Part shown: positions 57,452-64,000 of the stretch, one piece after another | Numbering within the stretch: the first letter of the stretch is position 1 | Layout: each line of letters starts with the position of its first letter | DNA from: Perkinsela sp. CCAP 1560/9 | Taxonomy: Eukaryota; Protista; Euglenozoa: Kinetoplastea | DNA: 64,000 nucleotides | Assembly: GCA_965644495.1 (NCBI GenBank) | Contig: CBFFSA010000019.1 | Location: 124,001 to 188,000, forward strand | Direction: 5' to 3' | Notes under the pieces: generated by a model | Told to the model about the DNA's origin: nothing | Seen by the model: the letters and a program-made list of their open reading frames with translations, nothing else | The model's database searches: none | Translations under genes and position numbers: made by a program

Positions 57452-57632
57452 ACAGGGTAAAGTGGACGATGGAGATACCAGTAGTGTAGGTGCGGCTGTT
57501 TCGCACAGGATAAACGGCATCTCCACCTTTTTAGGTGCCTGTCTTCATGCTATAAGGGAGATACCGTTTTTCCTGTGGGAAACTTCCGCACCTACACTAT
57601 TGGTATCTCCCTCGTCCACTTTACCCTGGGTT
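57452..57632. repeat. Fold-back palindrome related to the 205-bp family
   Basis: CAGGGTAAAGTGGACGA.GGAGATACC...GGTATCTCCCTCGTCCACTTTACCCTG; half copy at 46786-46862. Confidence 0.75.
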
Positions 57633-58206
57633 ACAAAGTAAAAACACATTCCCTAGGACTCCTTACATCTTCCCACGCGAGGAAGTCGTCGTCGCACGGC
57701 GAAAAGACAGAGGGCTCCGCTTTCTTCTTTTTGCCTTGCGCCTCCTCCTTCCTCCAAGGTCTTGCGTACCACAAACTTCCAGTTGAAAAAAGCAATTGGG
57801 GTTTGCAAATCACTTCCGAAGAAGGTGGTCTCAAGCCGTCCAAAAAGGTACGTTTCTCTTTCTTAAAACTATCAGTTTATGGTGTTGTCCTTGATTCTTT
57901 GCGAAAAAACTATTTCCGGAAACTTTTTCGTCGGGCCAAATTTCGGGCCAAACTTATTAATATACGATAGCGAGGGAGTAGTATCTCCCTCAATAAGCAA
58001 TTTATGGTTCATGCAATATTTCTTGACTCTCCCCGTCATCGGCTCTGCGTCGCTTTCCCAATCGCACGCCCTTCTTATTGATTTCGTATATCACCGGTAT
58101 CGCTTTATTCATTTATCTTTCCCTAAGCACTGTACTTGTTCGCTTCCTCCTCTTCTCTTTCTGTAGTTTTTCTTTATGAATATTTGTACCTTTTCTCCTT
58201 TGCCTC

Positions 58207-59464
58207 ATGATTCTACAATCTACATCCTGTGCTGACACGTCTGCCTCACGACGTGGTAAAATAGCAAACGTTGCATTCCCCCCTGAGCTGCAAGTACTGC
58301 GGTTCCTCTCAGGTGTGACCAATCCACACAGTTCTTGGGTCCCGTCTGTCCCCCTCGAACTGTGGGGGGGCGTTGTGGTTGACGGCGACAGAAAACTTTA
58401 CAGACTCGAATTTATAGACTCGCTCGACCTAGAAGGCACATTGAATTGGCAACATTTTCCAGACATGGTTGAAAGTTGTAACTACTCGCTTACCATGTAA
58501 GCGAGTCCCCCCATACAGCTCTCTCTCTCATTTCGACCTACCTGGCATGCGACGCCCTCCAACGTGGCTAGCCGACAATGACGGTATGCTACGTCCGGAC
58601 GGGTGGGTAAAGCTAAGGGACGGGAAAGAGTTCATTATTGAATTAACTTGCCCATGGGAGGAGAATATGCAGGTCGCGCACGAACGGAAAATGCTGAAAT
58701 ACCACCACCTGTGGCATACGCGAAAAGAAAATCATCCCGAAACATACCTATTCGCCCTAGAGATTGGGGCTCGCGGAAGTCTCCAAGACTCGGCGAGTAA
58801 ATTAGACATGCTCTTCTGCGAGGAAATAAAGCTTGCGAAGGAGTGTCGCCAACATTTGGTGACGAGAGCATTTAGGGGGAGTTTCACTATATACCAAAAT
58901 CGGGACCGCGCAAACTGGAACCCCATGGATGTTTGTATTTCGGATGAGTAAACGGGAATAGCCAAACACGTCGTATGCGTGTACGGGATCATATATTGTG
59001 CGATCCCAGGCTATTTGACTTAATCTCTACAGTATAACTGTATGAATCCTTCTTCTTTCCACACAAGTCTGACTGGTGCCGTGCAGTGGGGTTCTCTCCC
59101 TTCCTGCTTAGTCACACTTGAATTAGCAAACAACAACTTTTCTGGGCCTCTGCCTTCGGGGTCTAATCCCCTTCCAGAGCGTTTGCATACCTTTGATCTT
59201 TATTCAAATCGCTTTTCAGGTCCAGTTGATCTGGAAGCTCTGCCGCAAGAGATCAAGTTATTCTCTTTTTCCATGAATCGTATAACTGGGGAGCTTGACT
59301 TGACCCGACTGCCTCCTGTTCTTGAAACTCTTTATGCTTACGAAAACAATTTGGAAGGTGTCGCCGATCTTACATATCTTCCGAAAACAATCGAGGGTTT
59401 AGTTTTACGCGGCAATTCTTTTTCTGGAACCATCGATTTAACATGCTTGCCGGCAGGTATGTAA
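58207..59464 (+). pseudogene. LRR gene interrupted by a truncated retrotransposon
   Basis: Removing 58484-59039 restores the frame ...MVESCNCMNPSSFHTSLTG...; decayed further 3'. Confidence 0.8.
58484..59034 (+). mobile_element. 5'-truncated RLE-type non-LTR retrotransposon (HERO/R2-group endonuclease end)
   Basis: RPDG...IIELTCPWEEN...AHERK..KY...EIGARG; TAACT duplicated at 58479-83 and 59035-39. Confidence 0.8.
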
Positions 59465-60025
59465 GAATTAGATCGCTCTCCGGGGAAGTTTCATAATTTT
59501 TCAGCACCGCGAGAACAAACAGTGGATGGAGGTTAGTTCTGGGGAGTGAGTCGCTGACTGTCAGGTGATTTCAACGCGTTTTGTGCGCGTAATAAGGAAC
59601 TCCCATATTCACCGTCTAATCTCTGTAGAATATTTTCTACATGATAACGTATATATTCAGCCATAATGAATTTTCCGGCGTTGTTCGCTGGGCAGACCTT
59701 CCCCCCGCTCTTTACTATATTTATTTAGATGGAAACAAGATTACTGCTGCCGATCCTAACCCTCGTCCAGATGCCATAAGAATTTCTCTATGGTAGCGGT
59801 TGTTTTAGTGGGGCGAAGTTCCCGTACAGCATCCATACCCTAAATCATTGGCATGTACCGTTCCTTTTTTGTGCAACATTTAAGTTTTCACGAGATATGA
59901 AATCACGTCTTTAAACTCGTATCATTCTGTTGTAACGGGCAGATGTAAATCTAACTTGCATCATCACATAAACTCAATCGAATTCGTTTTTCTTTCGTGC
60001 CTTCGTTCTTTCTTTCACCAAACAC

Positions 60026-62410
60026 ATGTCATATACGAATTGGCAGCGCTCCCTGCGCGAACCTATCTTCCTCCAAAACACAACAAAGAAAAACGTTTAC
60101 CCCTCCAGCGACACGACGCTTCCCCCCATCGCACCCTATCCTCTATCCTTCAAAAACAAAAGTCGTGCTCCCTCTTCCTCAAAACAAAATCTTTGTCTAC
60201 ATGTCACAACCCGTGACATTCCTTCACACGCTACGAATCGCTCATCCGTTTCTTCCTCTCCTTCCCCACGGTCGTGTGTAAAACGTAAATCGTTCTCTCC
60301 ACAACACAACCCCTCTCGAAATCGAAATTTTAGAAAGTTCGAGAGCATTCAAAAGTTGGCATCCCCCGAGACGTGCGACCATGAGATCTTGGCCCCTTCT
60401 TCTTCTTCTTCCTCCTCTTCTTTTCGGTCGAATACAAAGTTAAATGTGCGAACCTCTAAAGTCTCTTTAAAGACTTTAGAGACTTCACTTTCTTTTGTCT
60501 CTTTTTTACGTTATGGTCTAAAAGAGTATTCAAAAGGGCTGAAAATGGGAAAAACGTTTTTGAGGAATAAAGAGACGTCTGGAGTGCACGCTTCTTGGAG
60601 CGGTTCCCATTCTTCGCAGCCTTCTTCTTCTTCTTCTTCTTGTGAAAGGGGAAAAGGGATTTCAATGCATGAAAAGGATCATGTTTTGGTTTTTTCCTAT
60701 CAAGAGGTCCAAGAGGATTGTAGGATTAATAACCCTAAGGGGAGTGAAACAATTTCGTATACTCAAGAAGGGGAGAGCAAGAAGGAAAAGAGGGATTTTC
60801 AAGAATGGAAGAGCAAGAATGAAAGTGTGGATTTTCTAGAACGCAAGTTCGAAAATGAAAATAGACATTTTCAAGAAAAAGAACATTTTAACATTCAAAA
60901 CGCGGAATCTCATGCTGCAGACAATAACCCTCTACCCCCAAAGCTCTCCAAAACCATCGCTTTATGTTCTCCACAATCCCACAACGCTACGGTTGTAAAA
61001 GACGAGGCTAATAGGCCAATTACCTGCTCTCCCTGCACGCCTTTTCATTCTGTAAAGAAGGCATCGAATGTCGTAAAAAATTCAAAACACAACTCTTCTC
61101 TCCTTTCCTTCACCTCTCACGCCCCTGATCTTTTTCAAAAAATCCATCGCCTTTTTGGTTGGGACTTGGAGGAAATTTGCACTCAACTTTTTCACCCGAT
61201 TTGGGAAAACACAAAAACACCGGGAAAATCAAAAGCTCGGATTTATTACGCTGGGGCGCACTGGGTAGTAAAAACGGTGACTGAAAACGAGCAGAGCTTT
61301 CTGTGTCGCTTGTTACCACATTATGTACGTTATGTCGAGGCTCATCCGAATACAAGGCTTCCGATATTCGTTGGGCATTTTTCGGTGAGTTATGATGCAA
61401 GTCTTACGAAACATGAAAACGCAAAGTCATTTTTTGGAAGCTTATTCGATAAGAAACTGTGTTGTAATTCATCTTGTAGAACAACACGAACCGCGCATGT
61501 TGTGGTCATGCGAACGGTTTTTGAATCCAGTCTTCCGCTCTCCTGTGTGTATGATTTAAAAGGAAGTACAACCGGTCGAAGCTATGGGGTACGGAAAGAC
61601 AAAGATGTGGGGATAAAAAAAGAGAGCCACAAAAACTCTCTTTTTGTAACGGAGAATACGAGAATCGGATTATCTCCGTCTCATGCCTCTCTTTCTCTTT
61701 CTTCCGCTACAGATCTGAACGAAAAAGAATTTTTTCGTAAACCTCGAGATGCATCAACTCTTGCAGCCCTTCCTTCTTTTTCTGCGCAATCTTTTAAAAA
61801 ACCTTTCTTTCTAGACGCCCAACTTGCTTCTTCTTCTTTGCCCTCTCCTCCCATGTTTTACGATTCCGATCTTCTACCCACCATGAAAGTTCATTTAGCT
61901 CTCGAAGACAGTGAGCTTGTGATCTCGCAAATCCAAAAGGACTGCAATTTTCTGCAATCGTTTTCGGTCATGGATTACAGTCTTCTGTTGGGCGTCAGTC
62001 GAATTTTCGATACTCATTCACATTCTTCTTCACAGAAAACAGAGACTGGACCTAAAGAGTTATCGAAAGGAGAAAATTCTGTTTTGGATAGCACAAAGCG
62101 CAGGGCTTCAACCTCCTTTCGAAATTTACGCAATGGCATGAGGGAAAGCGATGTGAATTCTGCTTTGTCTCATGCCATGATCAATGGAATTTGCTCCCCT
62201 CCACTTCGCTCCAGTGAGGGACATCTCTATTATGAGATCTACTTTTTTCGAATGATTGATGTTTTACAACAATATACCCTTCGAAAAAAGTTGGAGCATT
62301 TCTTTAGAGGAATGTGCTATGGGTTTCATTCCATCAGTGCAGTTCCGCCGGCCGCGTACGCGAAACGTTTTCAGAAATTAATGAAGCGTACTTTTGCGTG
62401 CCAAACGTGA
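60026..62410 (+). CDS. Phosphatidylinositol-phosphate 5-kinase family protein
   Basis: PGKS, VVKTV...E, YDLKGST, DCNFL....VMDYSLLLG, IDVLQQY...KKLEH, ISAVPP..YAKRF. Confidence 0.88.
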   Translation: MSYTNWQRSLREPIFLQNTTKKNVYPSSDTTLPPIAPYPLSFKNKSRAPSSSKQNLCLHVTTRDIPSHATNRSSVSSSPSPRSCVKRKSFSPQHNPSRNRNFRKFESIQKLASPETCDHEILAPSSSSSSSSFRSNTKLNVRTSKVSLKTLETSLSFVSFLRYGLKEYSKGLKMGKTFLRNKETSGVHASWSGSHSSQPSSSSSSCERGKGISMHEKDHVLVFSYQEVQEDCRINNPKGSETISYTQEGESKKEKRDFQEWKSKNESVDFLERKFENENRHFQEKEHFNIQNAESHAADNNPLPPKLSKTIALCSPQSHNATVVKDEANRPITCSPCTPFHSVKKASNVVKNSKHNSSLLSFTSHAPDLFQKIHRLFGWDLEEICTQLFHPIWENTKTPGKSKARIYYAGAHWVVKTVTENEQSFLCRLLPHYVRYVEAHPNTRLPIFVGHFSVSYDASLTKHENAKSFFGSLFDKKLCCNSSCRTTRTAHVVVMRTVFESSLPLSCVYDLKGSTTGRSYGVRKDKDVGIKKESHKNSLFVTENTRIGLSPSHASLSLSSATDLNEKEFFRKPRDASTLAALPSFSAQSFKKPFFLDAQLASSSLPSPPMFYDSDLLPTMKVHLALEDSELVISQIQKDCNFLQSFSVMDYSLLLGVSRIFDTHSHSSSQKTETGPKELSKGENSVLDSTKRRASTSFRNLRNGMRESDVNSALSHAMINGICSPPLRSSEGHLYYEIYFFRMIDVLQQYTLRKKLEHFFRGMCYGFHSISAVPPAAYAKRFQKLMKRTFACQT

Positions 62411-62619
62411 ATTTCACAGATAAACTGTTTATCTAATCTAGATGTATGTTCTCCAGACTGGAAAATACATGTACAACGCCGACTCTTTTTACATTTCGTA
62501 TCCGCTTCTTTTCTCTTTCACTTTTGAAAACAAAATACATAACCCTTGTGGTATTTCTGGCCTATTTCAATCTTTGTCAAACAGAATTTCGTTTTCTTAT
62601 TTCTCCATTCGATAGTTAC

Positions 62620-63360
62620 ATGATGGGTTTGGCGTTTCGTTCTTTCTGTGAAGCATTGGATGACTTAAAGCCCAATAGACTCGAAAGCCGACTAGGTAAG
62701 GTGCGAGGCCATTTACCACAAGAATACGAACTCGCACGATTTGTTGAAAATGTTGCAAACCCTAAACCTTCATGGCATTCGGCTACCCCTGCGTGTGATT
62801 GGGAAGGTGTGTACTGTGATTCGAATTTACAAGTAATGGATATTCGTTGGAGTTATAAAAAAATTGCAGGACCATTTCAATGGGACTATCTGTGCCGCAC
62901 GGTTCTTACCTTTATCTCGCGTGAAAACGATCTTTCAGGGGCTTTGGATTTCTCTAATTTGCCCTTTACAATGACGAGACTTCAATTGACAGACAACAAC
63001 TTTGAGGGATGTGTGGATCTAACTCATTTGCCTTCAACTTTGACACTTTTGTTTTTGAGTCACAATCTTTTTTCTGGGGAGATTGACCTCACACGTTTAC
63101 CCTCCACCATGGAACATTTGAGTGTCTCGAACAATCGTTTTACGGGCCCTCTTGACTTACAACATTTGCCTCCATCTCTCAAGTCTCTCCAGTGTGATTT
63201 TAATGATTTCAGCGGCCGAGTAATGTTTGATTCTCTTCCTGTAGGCTTGCACCATCTGACTTTGGGACATAATTCTAATCTTCGTGGTGATGGTTCAAAG
63301 ATCCCGGTCCTCCCTATGGGTGTGGATGTGTCCAGTACAAAGATATCCATGAAACATTAA
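62620..63360 (+). CDS. LRR protein
   Basis: GKVRGHLPQEYELARF, PACDWEGVYC, LRRs. Confidence 0.85.
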   Translation: MMGLAFRSFCEALDDLKPNRLESRLGKVRGHLPQEYELARFVENVANPKPSWHSATPACDWEGVYCDSNLQVMDIRWSYKKIAGPFQWDYLCRTVLTFISRENDLSGALDFSNLPFTMTRLQLTDNNFEGCVDLTHLPSTLTLLFLSHNLFSGEIDLTRLPSTMEHLSVSNNRFTGPLDLQHLPPSLKSLQCDFNDFSGRVMFDSLPVGLHHLTLGHNSNLRGDGSKIPVLPMGVDVSSTKISMKH

Positions 63361-63581
63361 CAGGTACTTAAGCGCTGAATCCAAAAAGCATACAAAAGAT
63401 AACGTTACATTTGACAAGTGCTCTTTTAAGCTCTTAAAGAACTTTTTCTCCACTTGTCTTTGTAAACATTTTTATCATCTTTTACCGTAATATTCGTACA
63501 TCGCAATATTTAAACATTGTAATATTTATACTTTTTTTAGCGTTTCACTTCTATTCTCTTACTGATTTCAATTCTGCCTTC

Positions 63582-64000
63582 ATGATCTTTCCATCATGCC
63601 GGCGTTATGATGCTGTCGAGGATTCACATCCTCCTAGGCAACACAATCACATCGGTAAGATACGGGGCTCCACCTTACCACAGGAATATGACCTCTCCCG
63701 TCTACTCCAAAATTTTGAAATTCTCCATCCCTCATGGAATACGCGAACACCTGCCTGTGAGTGGCAAGGCATCACTTGTGGAAGTGACTTTCCACACTTG
63801 TGTGTAAGTAACTCACAAGTAGCACAGATTTATTGGAATGAGATGAGTCTTCGAGGGTCTCTTCAATGGGATTATCTTCCCCTCTCTGTGCATTCTTTTC
63901 ACATTGGAAATAACTGGATAACCGGTTCGGTCCCTTTTCACACGCTGCCTTCTCATTTTACCTGTCTTCAGCTTTTAAACAATCAATTTACGGGTCCTGT
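63582..64000 (+). CDS. LRR protein, partial (runs off the window; absent from the ORF track)
   Basis: MIFPSCRR...GKIRGSTLPQEYDLSRL...PACEWQGITC...LQWDYLP; open to the end. Confidence 0.8.
   Translation, partial: MIFPSCRRYDAVEDSHPPRQHNHIGKIRGSTLPQEYDLSRLLQNFEILHPSWNTRTPACEWQGITCGSDFPHLCVSNSQVAQIYWNEMSLRGSLQWDYLPLSVHSFHIGNNWITGSVPFHTLPSHFTCLQLLNNQFTGP

Overview
Eukaryotic genomic DNA, very probably from a kinetoplastid-type euglenozoan (Perkinsela/prokinetoplastid-like is my inference). All host genes are intronless and on the + strand, and four genomic copies of a kinetoplastid-style spliced-leader (SL) exon are present (AACTTTAACGAT(A/G)AAGATACAGTTTCTGTACCTTGTTG). Host genes: an expanded family of short LRR proteins (about 11 copies or pseudocopies), an Arf-like GTPase, Bax inhibitor-1, SNF7/ESCRT-III, ISD11/LYRM4, a SAP-domain protein, PIP5K and four tRNAs. 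A gene-poor, TE-dense island (about 17.8-51.5 kb) holds three Merlin elements nested in each other (each with its own perfect 9-bp TSD), an intact 1330-aa CRE-clade RT-RLE retrotransposon and a decayed relative, an IS30-family transposase pseudogene, a PIF1/Helitron-like helicase remnant, a 112-bp hairpin array, and many MITEs and palindromes. An intact Tc1/IS630 element and a decayed hAT element lie among the left-hand genes. Most striking: both CRE elements begin with the SL exon, and both carry an N-terminal Ataxin-2/Pbp1 LsmAD-like domain. Two further SL-headed inserts suggest that trans-spliced RNAs are retroposed in this genome. All assignments are by eye; no database searches were run.
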